Assembly: GCF_000039765.1 (NCBI RefSeq)
Contig: NC_004460.2
Location: forward strand, 180,001 to 212,000
Source: Vibrio vulnificus CMCP6
Lineage (GTDB): Bacteria; Pseudomonadota; Gammaproteobacteria; Enterobacterales; Vibrionaceae
Direction: 5' to 3'
DNA length: 32,000 nucleotides
Shown: positions 1 through 10,487 of the stretch, in pieces
Position numbering within the stretch: the first letter of the stretch is position 1
Layout of the letters: the number at the start of each line of letters is the position of its first letter
Notes under the pieces: generated by a model
Database searches by the model: none
Told to the model about the DNA's origin: nothing
The model's input: the letters and a program-made list of their open reading frames with translations, nothing else
Program-made: the position numbers and the translations under genes

Positions 1-970
1 TGTTAGGACCGTACATGTGAATCACATAATCGTTTGACGAAAAACTCACCGCAAGATAATCGGTGGTGTCGCCCTTACCTAATTGCTCTTTCTCCAACAC
101 TCGTTGTGCGAAGTTGGCCGTGATCTCATCACCCGCCGGGCTCAAGGTCAGCATGGTGGAAAAATACTTAAAGCTGGCTGGGCCATAAGGGTGGGGGAAA
201 GTGCGGGCAAAACCAGCAAGGTCCACCTTATGTTCTTGGCTGATTTCTTGGAGTGTGTAGCGTTCTTGCGGCAGAGTGAGTGACCATTTTTGACCTGAGT
301 ATTGTGCGGGAATTTTCTCGGCATTCCAGTGAGTCACCCATTGTGGTGTCTGGTCATAATAATAGTTGCTGGTGACAAATTCTGAGGTTGCTTTGGAAAA
401 CCAAAACGCTTTGCCAGCATGGCCACCCAATGAAATTGCGCCTCTGTCTTTGACGGAGACCGAAAACACCTTAGCTTTGCCGTTGGAAGAGAGCGCCAGT
501 TCATCACTAAACGTCGTCGTCAAAATGGGTTGTGGTGAGCGGCCATCTTTCAGCGCGGTTTTTTGAGTTGGGTCGATTTCGGTCGCTTTGTTGACACCAG
601 CATGGCTATTGAGCATGGCGTAGTTTTCATCTTCGACATTGTAAACAAGGCGCTCTTTCTGTCTGTCGTACCATACATTGCCAACCATACCGTGAACCGA
701 CGGCGGCGCGCCAGTTGCTAGCGACACATGACCGACGATGGTTTCGGTATTGCCGTGCTGATAGTGCGCATTGGTGTAATAGACCCCTTCATCCATCAAA
801 TAGCGAAAGCCTTTTTCCGCGAAGTTATGCTTGTATCGGTCGAGTAAATCGCCACGCAATCCATCAACGGTAATTTGCAATACTAAGGCTGGCTTTTCGG
901 TTGCTGCCGCGATTGCATTGGGGGTGAAAGCGCAAAGTAGCGATGCGCCAGTGAGCCAAACTGCTTTCAT
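1..970 (-). CDS. Alkaline phosphatase family protein (phosphodiesterase/PafA-like), C-terminus outside the window
   Basis: Reverse-strand reading from the ATG at 970: MKAVWLTGASLLCAFTPNAIAAATEKPALVLQITVDGLRGDLLDRYKHNFAEKG...YTNAHYQHGNTETIVGHVSLATGAPPSVHGMVGN. It has a signal peptide, a metal-binding DG motif, and a T-E-T-x-V-G-H nucleophile region typical of this superfamily. It stays open to position 1. Confidence 0.85.
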   Translation of the reverse strand, partial: MKAVWLTGASLLCAFTPNAIAAATEKPALVLQITVDGLRGDLLDRYKHNFAEKGFRYLMDEGVYYTNAHYQHGNTETIVGHVSLATGAPPSVHGMVGNVWYDRQKERLVYNVEDENYAMLNSHAGVNKATEIDPTQKTALKDGRSPQPILTTTFSDELALSSNGKAKVFSVSVKDRGAISLGGHAGKAFWFSKATSEFVTSNYYYDQTPQWVTHWNAEKIPAQYSGQKWSLTLPQERYTLQEISQEHKVDLAGFARTFPHPYGPASFKYFSTMLTLSPAGDEITANFAQRVLEKEQLGKGDTTDYLAVSFSSNDYVIHMYGPN

Positions 971-994
971 TGTCGTCCTCTTTGATGTTGTCGA

Positions 995-1780
995 TCAATC
1001 AATGTCTTTTGCCAGTCTTAGGCCCATATCGGCCATGCGTATCGATTGACTGGCGAAATCACGTCGGAAGTTTTCCGATTCGTCTGCGGCGTAAGAGAAG
1101 CTGCCGCCGCGAACGGATTTATGCGCCAAGCCCGCCGTTTCTTCTTTGGCATTACTTGGGTTGTGGCTTGGGGCGTATGTGTAGTAACCCGCGTCAAAAG
1201 CATCGATGACAAATTCCCCCACGTTGCCCGTCATGTCATAGAGTCCGAGCTCATTGGGTTGCTTTAATCCCACCGGATGAGCTTGGTTATTGGCATTACT
1301 CGCATACCAAGCCACCTCATCAATGTTGTTCGAGCCTGCGTACGTGAACCCTTGACTATGCACGCCACCGCGAGCGGCGAACTCCCATTCAGCTTCCGTC
1401 GGTAAGCGGTAGTGCTCGCCTGTCAGGGTGTTCAAGCGTTCAATAAAGTAGTTCGCTTGCTGCCAACTTAAGTTGTTGACGGGAACGTTTGGATTTGGGA
1501 AATAGCTCAGTGAAGAACCCATCACCGATTCAAATAGCGCTTGAGTGACTTCGAATTTGGCAAGGTAAAAACTATCCACTGTCACTGGATGCGCAGGGGT
1601 TTCAGAGTTCTTTGCACTGGGATGTTCAGAACCCATCTCAAAAGTGCCGCCTTCGACCAACACCATATCTTGGTTAATGGCCATGGCGACGGGATGGGGC
1701 GTTGAGCTACAGCCGTTGGCCAGCAAAGCCACCGTGAGAGGAAATAGGGGAAAAAGCCAGTGACGAGGCGATAAAGTCAT
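995..1780 (-). CDS. Formylglycine-generating-enzyme (SUMF1)-domain lipoprotein
   Basis: VEGGTFEMGS...HPVTVDSFYLAKFEVTQALFE...VNNLSWQQANYFIERLN...YRLPTEAEWEFAARGG...LYDMTGNVGEFV...SVRGGSF...FRRDFASQ.....MGLRLAKD; N-terminal lipobox LLANGCSS. Confidence 0.9.
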   Translation of the reverse strand: MTLSPRHWLFPLFPLTVALLANGCSSTPHPVAMAINQDMVLVEGGTFEMGSEHPSAKNSETPAHPVTVDSFYLAKFEVTQALFESVMGSSLSYFPNPNVPVNNLSWQQANYFIERLNTLTGEHYRLPTEAEWEFAARGGVHSQGFTYAGSNNIDEVAWYASNANNQAHPVGLKQPNELGLYDMTGNVGEFVIDAFDAGYYTYAPSHNPSNAKEETAGLAHKSVRGGSFSYAADESENFRRDFASQSIRMADMGLRLAKDID

Positions 1781-1946
1781 CCGAAATGCTCCTTAAGTCA
1801 GCGAGCTTCCAGCTTACGCATTGTTGCCATGAAAAAAGGTTATAACGGGTATAACAAGCCCTTGTTCGGAAAGCCTTTTAAGATGCATTTATCGATATTT
1901 TCTTCAAACAAGACTTGGCGCTCAGCGCGAAGAAATAAGGTGAATT

Positions 1947-3269
1947 ATGCAGATTACTCAGGGCCCACAGTTTAATGGTAAAGCATCAAAGCGTTTACAC
2001 GTGATGGCAAAACCGATTGGTGCTGCCTGCAACATCGACTGCACGTACTGCTATTACCTAAGTAAACAGGACTTACTTGAGTATAAGAAGGGCTGTACGC
2101 CCGTGATGGATGAGGCGACGCTCGAAACCTATATTCGTCAGTACATTGAAGGGCAAAATACGCCTGAAATCATCTTCTCATGGCAAGGGGGAGAGCCGAC
2201 GATGCTTGGCTTGGATTACTTCCGAAAAATCGTTGAATTCCAAGCCAAATACCAGCCAGAAGGGGTAACCATCGCCAACGATCTGCAAACCAATGGTACC
2301 TTACTGAATGACGACTGGTGTGCATTTCTTAAAGCGCACAATTTCTTGGTGGGGCTGAGTATTGACGGTCCTGAAATGATGCATAACGCCTACCGCACCA
2401 ACCGTGCGGGACGAGGCACGTTTAAACAAGTGATGAACGCGGTGGAGCTGTTGCACAAACATCAAGTGCCGTTCGCCACACTAACTTGTGTGAACAATTT
2501 GACCAGCCGTAACCCGTTAGAAGTGTATCGCTTTCTACGAGATGAGGTGCGTTCGCCACAAATGCAATTTATCCCAATTGTCGAGCAGAAAAGCTTTCGG
2601 ACAACCGCCCCACAAACATGGCAACCGCAAGCGCAGCTCAAGCAAGGAGATAAGCGTCTCATTCCCGGCCACAAAGATTCAGTAATGGAGCCATGGTGTG
2701 TCGCAGACGAGGCGTGGGGCAATTTTCTCATTGCCATCTTCGATGAGTGGATTCAACACGATATCGGTAAGGTCTTTGTGCAATATTTTGAAGCCAGTGT
2801 CGAAACGTGGATGGGGCGAAAGAACCCGCTGTGCACACTAGGAGAAATTTGCGGCAAAGGCTTAGCCATGGAACCGAATGGCGATGTGTTTGCGTGTGAC
2901 CACTATGTTTATCCCGAATATAAAATAGGCAACATTCATCAGCAGTCATTAGAGCGCTTGGCCTATGGCGATGAGCAACAAAAATTTGGTTACGCCAAGG
3001 TGCGTTCGTTAACCAGCCAATGCCAACAATGTGAGTATCAGTTTGCTTGCTTTGGTGAATGTCCGAAAAACCGTTTTATCCGCACGAAACAGGGTGAACC
3101 GGGGCTTAACTATCTTTGTGCGGGTTGGAAAAAGTTTTTCGCTCACGCAGACAAAGCTCTGGCGTATGTTTTACGCGCCACGGGCCATCCGGTGGTTCAC
3201 GGTCAATACAGTGATCAAGCGATGCGCCAGTTGGCAAGCCGCACACCGCGTTTTGAGACTAAGTTTTGA
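1947..3269 (+). CDS. Anaerobic sulfatase maturase-like radical SAM/SPASM protein
   Basis: Radical SAM cluster CNIDCTYCYY, FSWQGGEPTMLGLDYF, LQTNGTLL, and a SPASM region CTLGEICGKG...CDHYVYP...CQQCEYQFACFGECPKNRF...CAGWKKFF. Confidence 0.92.
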   Translation: MQITQGPQFNGKASKRLHVMAKPIGAACNIDCTYCYYLSKQDLLEYKKGCTPVMDEATLETYIRQYIEGQNTPEIIFSWQGGEPTMLGLDYFRKIVEFQAKYQPEGVTIANDLQTNGTLLNDDWCAFLKAHNFLVGLSIDGPEMMHNAYRTNRAGRGTFKQVMNAVELLHKHQVPFATLTCVNNLTSRNPLEVYRFLRDEVRSPQMQFIPIVEQKSFRTTAPQTWQPQAQLKQGDKRLIPGHKDSVMEPWCVADEAWGNFLIAIFDEWIQHDIGKVFVQYFEASVETWMGRKNPLCTLGEICGKGLAMEPNGDVFACDHYVYPEYKIGNIHQQSLERLAYGDEQQKFGYAKVRSLTSQCQQCEYQFACFGECPKNRFIRTKQGEPGLNYLCAGWKKFFAHADKALAYVLRATGHPVVHGQYSDQAMRQLASRTPRFETKF

Positions 3270-3289
3270 GATCCAGCGTTGAGGTAAAA

Positions 3290-4360
3290 ATGACGACACG
3301 TTCCCACACTCTTTTACTCGCGGCCTTGGGCCTCACCGCGCAAGTAAGCGCGCATGACGTCTCTTTTATGCAGTCGCCTAGTGCAGGTGAAAGCGCAGGT
3401 AAAAGTGCAACTCATGAGCTCACTCACGCCACTTCTCCTCAGGAAATGGTGTCGAAACTCTCCTACCAAGCGCAAGACAAAAGCTTGCCGACCGAGCTGC
3501 GTGTAGGCGCGCTAAGAAATTTGGCCAACTACCCAAGCCAAAACGCGCTGGTGGCGGTCAGTCGTAACCTGCAAGAAAGTGACCCAGCATTACGTGAAGC
3601 GGCCATTGTTGGTGCTGGCCCATACAATATTGTTCACCGTTGGCGCATGGTTTCGCCATTGCTCACCGATGACACCGAAATGGTGAGATTGGCGGCTACG
3701 GCGAATTTGCTGCGTGACTATGGCAATCTCAGTGAGAGCCAACAGCAAGCGTTAAATGCCCCGACAAAGGTGCTTATTCGTTATTTGGCGCAGAAAAAAG
3801 ACACCGATTCTCAATTGCTGCTGGCGGACGTTTATCGTTGGTATAAGCAGTGGGACAAAGCGCAGCCACTCTATCAGCAACTGACTGAGCAAACGCCAGA
3901 TAACCCGCAAGTTTGGCTCAGCTTGGCAGATAACTATCGTGCACAGAAAAACGATGGTGAGGCGATAGAAACGCTAGACGACGCTATTCAACGACATCCA
4001 AGCAATGCGGCGTTGCATTATTCCAAAGCGCTGACGTTGGTTCGTTTGGATGACAAAAATGCGGCGGCGCAAGAGATGGAATTGGCTGCCAACATGGCCG
4101 AAAACAACAGCTACTACTGGTATCTCAATGGTGTGTTGCAAGAGCCGTTTGATTTGCAGAAATCGGTTGGTGCTTTCGAACAAGCCTACTTAATATCAGG
4201 AGCGCCAGAGCAACTCTATGCGGTGTGCGATATCTACGCACGGTACGACAATCCCAAGACAGAACTCTGTTTGACAGAGCTGCAAAAAGTCGCACCAGAG
4301 TACGTGATTGACCAGATCAAACAGAAAAAAGACGAGCGAAAAATGTCGGCGCGCGGCTAG
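3290..4360 (+). CDS. Exported HEAT/TPR repeat protein
   Basis: Signal peptide MTTRSHTLLLAALGLTAQVSAHD; HEAT-like then TPR-like repeats (WLSLADNYRAQKNDGEAIETLDDAIQRHPSNAALHYSKALTLVRLDD). Start chosen at the ATG at 3290, in frame with the listed ORF from 3266. Confidence 0.75.
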   Translation: MTTRSHTLLLAALGLTAQVSAHDVSFMQSPSAGESAGKSATHELTHATSPQEMVSKLSYQAQDKSLPTELRVGALRNLANYPSQNALVAVSRNLQESDPALREAAIVGAGPYNIVHRWRMVSPLLTDDTEMVRLAATANLLRDYGNLSESQQQALNAPTKVLIRYLAQKKDTDSQLLLADVYRWYKQWDKAQPLYQQLTEQTPDNPQVWLSLADNYRAQKNDGEAIETLDDAIQRHPSNAALHYSKALTLVRLDDKNAAAQEMELAANMAENNSYYWYLNGVLQEPFDLQKSVGAFEQAYLISGAPEQLYAVCDIYARYDNPKTELCLTELQKVAPEYVIDQIKQKKDERKMSARG

Positions 4361-5985
4361 TCTGCCTCACCAGCTTGATGCTCTACGTAACACACAGCGA
4401 AAGGAATCGCTAATTGCTTGAAATGGTGTATCCAACGCCACTGATTATCTTGCAGTTTGTCACCGGGCCCTTTGACTTCAATCCATTGATACTCACCATC
4501 TTTGAAAGCGATCAAATCGGGCATGCCATTGCGGTAGAGTTTTAAATCACTGAGCTGGATCTTAAATAACGCCACCAAACTTTCACGCGGTATGCTTTCT
4601 AAGGCATGCAAAAGTAGGCTTTCTGAGAGTGCTGACCACTGCACCAGTGGGTTCGCAATTCCCTGTTTCTCGCGAAAACGCTGCAAAATAAACGCATTAT
4701 CACCGGTTAATAACTGAGTAAACGCCTGTTCGATTTCGGCGGCACGCTTGTGCGCAAAATCGTCATGATACAAATCAAGAGGGCGATGTTGGTAGGCATT
4801 GATGAATGCGCCTTCGACGGGAGCAAAGAAGGCAGGCCAGAAAGTGAGCCCGAGCAAACCGTTGAGCAGCGCATTTTCGCTGTAGAACACTTGCCAACCT
4901 AAACGCTCAAAATGCGTCAACGCTGCGAGTTCGACGCGTTGTTGCGACAGATCGAGCGAGAGGCGGTATTCGTCGCATTGAGGCTTGCTGGCTCGCGGCA
5001 GTTTTTCGCCCAACTTGCGTTTTAGTCTCTGTTCTAGCTTCTGGGCTACTTCAAATTCAGAGACGTCAATTGGCTGGGTGAGCATTTCGGTGACAATGTC
5101 ACTAAATGGCTGGTTCTGTTCCAGTTTATCGTAGATACGCGCACGGCGTTCTCGGCTCGGCGCCAGTGTGGTTTGTTCAAACAGTGTGAGCGCCGTGGTG
5201 AACTCACCAAGCCGTTCAAAATCTCGGGCAATGTCATTAAGCAGGTGTTCGCGTTTACGGTCGACATAGGGATGTGCCACAGGGCCAGGAAGTGCTGCCA
5301 GCAGTTGATCCAGATTCTCCTTTTGTTTTCTATCACAAAGCCAGTAACGGTTCGAAAGTTCGCTAAGGTCGATTAAGCGGTCAATCTGTTCTCGGCTATC
5401 GAAGAATCGCCGCTCTTTACTTAACTGGTAAGCTTCGAATTGATGCAGACCAAGATCATCCAAAACGAATTGGCTCAGATCTTGATGGGTGTTTGCAAAA
5501 AACAACGTTAGTAACAGGTCGATCATGTGAGCGGAGTTAAGCTTGATGACGGTGAATGCTAATTCCTCAAACTGAGTGAAGGCGTCGTCGCTTAGACAAC
5601 TGACTAGTGCCTCTTTCTTTTGCGTTTTGGCGAGGTGAGGGTAGAGCGAAAGCAACTCTGGTTTTGTCAGTAAGTAGAGAGCGAGCTCTTGATGAGAAAG
5701 TACGGGAGAGAGTTCGACAAACTCGCCTTGGTTGAGCATGTCTAGGGTGTGATCAAGTTGGGGAATTTCAGCGTAATGCAGTTTATCACTGCGAAACCAA
5801 CAGCCTTTGCGACTGTACAAACGCACCAACAGGCATTGCGCACGCTTATCAAGCTCAGTGAACGCCAAAAGCCATTGCTGTTCGTCTGTTGTCAGCAAAT
5901 CTTGGTACCACTGCAGTGCGTGGCGCGTAAGCTTAAAAAAGTTATCGAGATAGTAATCCGGGGCGAGTTCAACGCTGTTTTCCAT
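4357..5985 (-). CDS. VRR-NUC domain nuclease, FAN1-like
   Basis: C-terminal GMPDLIAFKDGEYQWIEVKGPGDKLQDNQWRWIHHFKQLAIPFAVCYVE matches the VRR-NUC catalytic pattern (PD...E.K); 542 aa, with a FAN1-like length and helical N-terminus. Confidence 0.85.
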   Translation of the reverse strand: MENSVELAPDYYLDNFFKLTRHALQWYQDLLTTDEQQWLLAFTELDKRAQCLLVRLYSRKGCWFRSDKLHYAEIPQLDHTLDMLNQGEFVELSPVLSHQELALYLLTKPELLSLYPHLAKTQKKEALVSCLSDDAFTQFEELAFTVIKLNSAHMIDLLLTLFFANTHQDLSQFVLDDLGLHQFEAYQLSKERRFFDSREQIDRLIDLSELSNRYWLCDRKQKENLDQLLAALPGPVAHPYVDRKREHLLNDIARDFERLGEFTTALTLFEQTTLAPSRERRARIYDKLEQNQPFSDIVTEMLTQPIDVSEFEVAQKLEQRLKRKLGEKLPRASKPQCDEYRLSLDLSQQRVELAALTHFERLGWQVFYSENALLNGLLGLTFWPAFFAPVEGAFINAYQHRPLDLYHDDFAHKRAAEIEQAFTQLLTGDNAFILQRFREKQGIANPLVQWSALSESLLLHALESIPRESLVALFKIQLSDLKLYRNGMPDLIAFKDGEYQWIEVKGPGDKLQDNQWRWIHHFKQLAIPFAVCYVEHQAGEAD

Positions 5986-6000
5986 AAACGACCGACAATA

Positions 6001-6030
6001 AAAAAGGCTTAACCCGTAGGTTAAGCCTTT
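6001..6030 (-). terminator. Rho-independent terminator downstream of the OFA transporter
   Basis: Hairpin AAAAGGCTTAACC CGTA GGTTAAGCCTTTT. Confidence 0.8.
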
Positions 6031-6052
6031 TCATGTTCAAATCAACGCGTAA

Positions 6053-7285
6053 TTACGCCTTTTTCAGCTCTGCGACTTTCGCTTCTGAAAGTGGTTTCGT
6101 TACCAGTGCAAGCACAATACAAACGCCCATCATCACGGCTGAAATTGTGTAAGCCAAGGTGTAGCCTGTGCCGTTGGTCATAGAGAAACCAACCACTGCT
6201 GCACCAATCGCACCACCAATACCCCATGCTGTGTAAAGTACGCCATAGTTAGTGCCGTAGTTTTTCAGACCGTAGAATTCTGCGGTTAGAGTAGGGAAGA
6301 CCGCAAGAAGCGTACCGTAACCTACTGCTGCGATAGCCGTACCAATGATCAGAGTGAACTCAGATTGGAACGTTGCGAACAGAACCATGTTGATGCCCTG
6401 TAGAACGAACGCGAGAAGAAGCGTACGCACGCCGCCGATCTTGTCTGCAAGCATACCTGCTGCAACACGGCCGCCTGAGTTAAATACCGCAAGAATAGAC
6501 GCAAGGTAAACCGCGTTAGGCAGGTTTGCTTGAACGCTTGCGATGGTGGTGATGTTACCGATGATCATCAGGCCAACAGACGCTGCAAATGCGTACATGA
6601 TCCATAGTGCGTAGAACTGTGGCGTTTTAAGCATCGCTTTCCACGTCAGATCGTCAGATTTCTTCACCGCTTTAGGTGCTTGGCCTTTTTTTACTTTCGG
6701 CTCTGCTGGGGTGTAGTCTGCTGGTGGGTTATTGATGGTTGCCGCTAGAGGCACCGCGATAGCAAGAACACCAACACCAAGAATCATAAAACTGGTCTGA
6801 ATACCCATGTTCGTGATCAGAGCTGAAGTCAGTGGCGCTAGGTAGATCGTTGCAAGACCAAAACCTGCTGCGATGATGCCGTTAACCATGCCTTTCTTCG
6901 ATGCGTGGAACCACTTCATCGCCGATGGAGATAGACAAGCATAACCAAAACCGATACCCGCACCGGTGATCACACCAAACGTGATGTTGAGCATCAGTGG
7001 AGAGTCAACAAAACCAGATGCAATCATACTTAGACCTGTAAGAACAGTACTTAGGATAAGAATCATACGTGGACCCATGCGGTCTTGAAGAATACCAGCA
7101 ACAAGAAGACAAATAGAGAACGTGATCGTTGCGGTTGCGTAAGGGGCAGACGCTTCTGCAGCGCTCCAGCCTGACTCAGTCACTAGTGCTTTGTTGAATA
7201 CACTCCAAGCATACAGGATGCCAAGACAAAGGTTGATACAGAATCCTGCAAGCAGGATGCGCATAGCTTTATCAATCTTGCTCAT
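6053..7285 (-). CDS. OFA (oxalate/formate antiporter) family MFS transporter
   Basis: MSKIDKAMRILLAGFCINLCLGILYAWSVFNKAL...GILQDRMGPRMILILSTVLTGLSMIASG...GGIGAAVVGFSM; twelve-TM character. Start set at the internal Met of the listed ORF. Confidence 0.85.
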   Translation of the reverse strand: MSKIDKAMRILLAGFCINLCLGILYAWSVFNKALVTESGWSAAEASAPYATATITFSICLLVAGILQDRMGPRMILILSTVLTGLSMIASGFVDSPLMLNITFGVITGAGIGFGYACLSPSAMKWFHASKKGMVNGIIAAGFGLATIYLAPLTSALITNMGIQTSFMILGVGVLAIAVPLAATINNPPADYTPAEPKVKKGQAPKAVKKSDDLTWKAMLKTPQFYALWIMYAFAASVGLMIIGNITTIASVQANLPNAVYLASILAVFNSGGRVAAGMLADKIGGVRTLLLAFVLQGINMVLFATFQSEFTLIIGTAIAAVGYGTLLAVFPTLTAEFYGLKNYGTNYGVLYTAWGIGGAIGAAVVGFSMTNGTGYTLAYTISAVMMGVCIVLALVTKPLSEAKVAELKKA

Positions 7286-7860
7286 TTTTGTTCTCAGTGT
7301 TGCTTCTGGTAATACCAAAAGGGGGCGAATAAAAAGGTGGTTAAACTCAAAATTAGTTTGCGTTTTTCAACAGATAACGCAATGAGCGCGGATTATAACC
7401 AATCCTTTTGTGATTGGAATCTCTTTTTAAGGCCAGATCTGAAAATATTTTGATACGTTAAAAAAGTGTTGTTACAGAGTTTTCTGAATTAACGCTTGTT
7501 TGTGAAAATCTTGTGATCTTTGGATGTTGAGCGCTTATCTGGCGGGGCTTAGATATGCGGAAGAGAGTCGATATGGTACTGAGTTCACATTGCTAAAAAA
7601 AAGACAAAATATTTTCTGCTGTTAAATGAATGTAACAATCCTTTTCTAAATTTACACTTTTCTCTCGAAATGCCGTAGACAAAGGATTCTTAAAAATCAT
7701 TGTGTTAATCATATGTAAAATCAGTTGGTTTGATTAATGTTTGTACACATTTTGTACAGGTTTGGCCTCTTGATCTCTGAAACTAGTTTGGCAAAATATA
7801 GCGGAAACTGAGATTGCAATATTGAAAGGATGCTTTTTAGGCTTTTATAGCGAGGTGTAT

Positions 7861-8217
7861 ATGAAGATTTTCCTTATTCTACTGATATCTGTTACGGCGG
7901 GTTATGCCTCTGCTGACCACATCCACTCTTTCTTGTTTGGTCTCTATATTTCATCTCTGGCGGTAGGCAGTTGTTACTGGTTTGCATTCCGCAGCTCGCG
8001 TTTCCCTCAACTGGCGGTTTTCCTGTTGCTTTGCGGCATGCTGTCTAAGTTAGCAGTGACGGTTATCGGCGTATTTTGGGGACTATCGCAAGATTTGATT
8101 GGCTCGCCATTCATCTTCTCGCTTTCGTACTTGTTCTTCTCAATTGTGGTGACGTACCTATGGTTCAGTTACCGCCAGAAAAAAACCAAAGCGCCAGGGC
8201 AACGTCTTCCAGCCTAA
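7861..8217 (+). CDS. Small hypothetical membrane protein
   Basis: Start MKIFLILLISVTAGYASADHIHSFLFG, several hydrophobic segments, followed by a strong terminator. Confidence 0.6.
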   Translation: MKIFLILLISVTAGYASADHIHSFLFGLYISSLAVGSCYWFAFRSSRFPQLAVFLLLCGMLSKLAVTVIGVFWGLSQDLIGSPFIFSLSYLFFSIVVTYLWFSYRQKKTKAPGQRLPA

Positions 8218-8230
8218 TTGAACGAATTTA

Positions 8231-8262
8231 AAAAACGCCAGCAAGATTGCTGGCGTTTTTTT
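8231..8262 (+). terminator. Rho-independent terminator
   Basis: AAAAACGCCAGC AAGATT GCTGGCGTTTTTTT. Confidence 0.85.
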
Positions 8263-8769
8263 AGGTTGCCATTTCAGCGTCATGCCATTTTTTGGCCAAG
8301 CTACTTGTCGTTTCAGCTAGGCAGTGGCGAGTTCATAGACTTTTAAACTCTTTAAAAAGGAAAAGCAGCAGAAATTTAATCAGAGAAATTTCTATCATTT
8401 TCGAATGATCGGAGTATAGTGCACATGGTTTTCAAACATGTGTTATTTATGAAATATATAGTTCAAGTCTATTCTTAGTTTTCTTTCGATTCCTTTCGTT
8501 ATATTACATCTGTAGTTACTTCTTCTTTATCTTCCATTAAATAGCCTCAGTTTTTATATCATAATAATTGATGGTTTATTGATATTAAACGATCGGTATA
8601 TTGCTGATTGTTATCATGTATTTTCATCTGGGCGTTTTGCGACTCACGATTTTGTGTTCTCTCGTTTTTATACGGTAGGGCGCTAGTTAGAGTTGAGTTT
8701 ATAAACAGTCTGTAGACGAAAATATATTTAAATTATGAGTTATTATGATGTTCGATGAAGGAAAAATAA

Positions 8770-8967
8770 ATGAGTAAAAAACGCGTAAAACATCATAATA
8801 AAAAAAGCGGTTATGAAACCAAGTTTGAACAAATGGTTAAAGAATACCATGAAGCTAAAGCGCTATTAGAATCCATGTCCAAGGGAAGTGAAGAATATAG
8901 CCAGCAAGAAAAACACTGTAATGCATTGTTTGCTTCTGCAGAGCGCTTTTTTAAACAAAATCAATAA
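8770..8967 (+). CDS. Small hypothetical protein, 65 aa
   Basis: Preceded by a purine-rich GAAGGAAAAATAA ribosome-binding region; highly charged, coiled-coil-like product. Confidence 0.45.
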   Translation: MSKKRVKHHNKKSGYETKFEQMVKEYHEAKALLESMSKGSEEYSQQEKHCNALFASAERFFKQNQ

Positions 8968-9059
8968 GCTTTCTTGCATCTTTGAGGTCATGATTGGCGG
9001 ATGTGCTGACAATCCTGTGACGCATTGACAGCACGCGATAAAAAACGAACCCAGCGGTT

Positions 9060-10487
9060 AATGCCGATCAGTTAAGAGATAAATGATCGGTTGAACGATC
9101 CTGCAGATGGCTTATAAAGGCTCTAAGTTTCTAAAACTTTGAGCCTTTTATTTTGCAATTAACTACAGCCCTAACACTCGCCAATCGTTATGCCCCCAAT
9201 ACTGAACAACTTGGAAAACTCAGTGACATTCTTTGCCCTGATTTCATCAACCAATGCTTAGAAGCTTCCGGTGTGGCCACTATTCGTAAACGTCGTATCC
9301 CTCTCGACATGGCCGTTTGGGCGGTCGTTGCTATGTCGCTTTACCGACAAGAGCCTTTGTGGTCAATTGTCTCCAAAGCGCAATTAATGTTGCCCGGGAA
9401 GCGAAGTCTGGTTGCCCCTAGTGCTATCGTTCAAGCGAGACAACGGCTCGGGGCTGATGCAATGAAAGAAGTATTTCATCAAAGCCAGAGCTTATGGAAT
9501 GAAACAGCTGACCATCCGACTTGGTGTGGATTAAAACTCCTCGCTGTCGATGGCGTGGTATGGCGAACGCCAGACACTAAGGAAAACCGTGATGCGTTTC
9601 AATCTGCGTCAAATCAGAATGGTGAAGGTAGCTTTCCTCAGGTGCGTATGGTTTGCCAGATGGAGTTGACCAGTCACATGCTGGTCGCCAGTGCTTTCGC
9701 GAGTTACAAAACCAATGAGATGATATTGGCAGAACAGCTGATTGAAACAACACCAGACTACAGCCTCACAATGTTCGACAGAGGTTTTTACTCTCTTAGC
9801 CTTCTTCATCGTTGGGCAAATACAGGTAATGAAAGGCATTGGCTAATGCCAATGCGCAAGAATACCCAATTTACTGAAGTTAGAAAGCTGGGTCGCAATG
9901 ATCGGATTGTCGAACTCAAGACAACGCCTCAAGCGAGAAAGAAGTCCCTGTCACTACCTGAAACCATCGAAGTTCGCCTGATAAAGAAAACTATCAAAGG
10001 GAAAGAAGTGAGTATCTTGACCTCGATGACTGATCATCGTCGTTATCCGCCAGCGGAAATAGCAGAGCTTTACAGTCATAGATGGGAAATCGAAGTGGGA
10101 TATCGTGAAATGAAGTCTTCACTTCTGAACAACGAGTTCACACTGAGAAGTAAGAAGCCAGAGATGGTAAAACAAGAACTATGGGGCTTATTGCTTAGCT
10201 ATAACATTATTAGATATCAGATGGTTAACATGGCTAAAGCTGTGCCTGGCATCTACCCCAACCAACTGAGCTTCACAACGTGTGCTCACTCTATCATTCA
10301 CGTAATTTTGGGGTTCTGGTTGGAGTCAGCGGGAACAATCCCTAAGCGCATTACTCACTTGCAAGAGGAGGCGATACACCATGTCTTGTCCATTAAACGA
10401 GAAGAGCGGATATATCCGAGAGCAATAAAACCAAAGGCAAAGAAATACCCCAATAAAAAAAGCCAGTCAGCTTAACTGACTGGCATT
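9060..10487 (+). mobile_element. Complete IS4-group insertion sequence, about 1428 bp
   Basis: Left end AATGCCGATCAGTTAAG; right end reverse complement AATGCCAGTCAGTTAAG (15/17 identical). Flanked by the 12-bp direct repeat AACCCAGCGGTT at 9048-9059 and 10488-10499. Boundaries ambiguous by 1 nt. Confidence 0.93.
9153..10475 (+). CDS. IS4 family transposase, 440 aa
   Basis: [114 protein letters not shown] (Y-(2)R-(3)E-(6)K signature). Confidence 0.96.
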   Translation: MQLTTALTLANRYAPNTEQLGKLSDILCPDFINQCLEASGVATIRKRRIPLDMAVWAVVAMSLYRQEPLWSIVSKAQLMLPGKRSLVAPSAIVQARQRLGADAMKEVFHQSQSLWNETADHPTWCGLKLLAVDGVVWRTPDTKENRDAFQSASNQNGEGSFPQVRMVCQMELTSHMLVASAFASYKTNEMILAEQLIETTPDYSLTMFDRGFYSLSLLHRWANTGNERHWLMPMRKNTQFTEVRKLGRNDRIVELKTTPQARKKSLSLPETIEVRLIKKTIKGKEVSILTSMTDHRRYPPAEIAELYSHRWEIEVGYREMKSSLLNNEFTLRSKKPEMVKQELWGLLLSYNIIRYQMVNMAKAVPGIYPNQLSFTTCAHSIIHVILGFWLESAGTIPKRITHLQEEAIHHVLSIKREERIYPRAIKPKAKKYPNKKSQSA

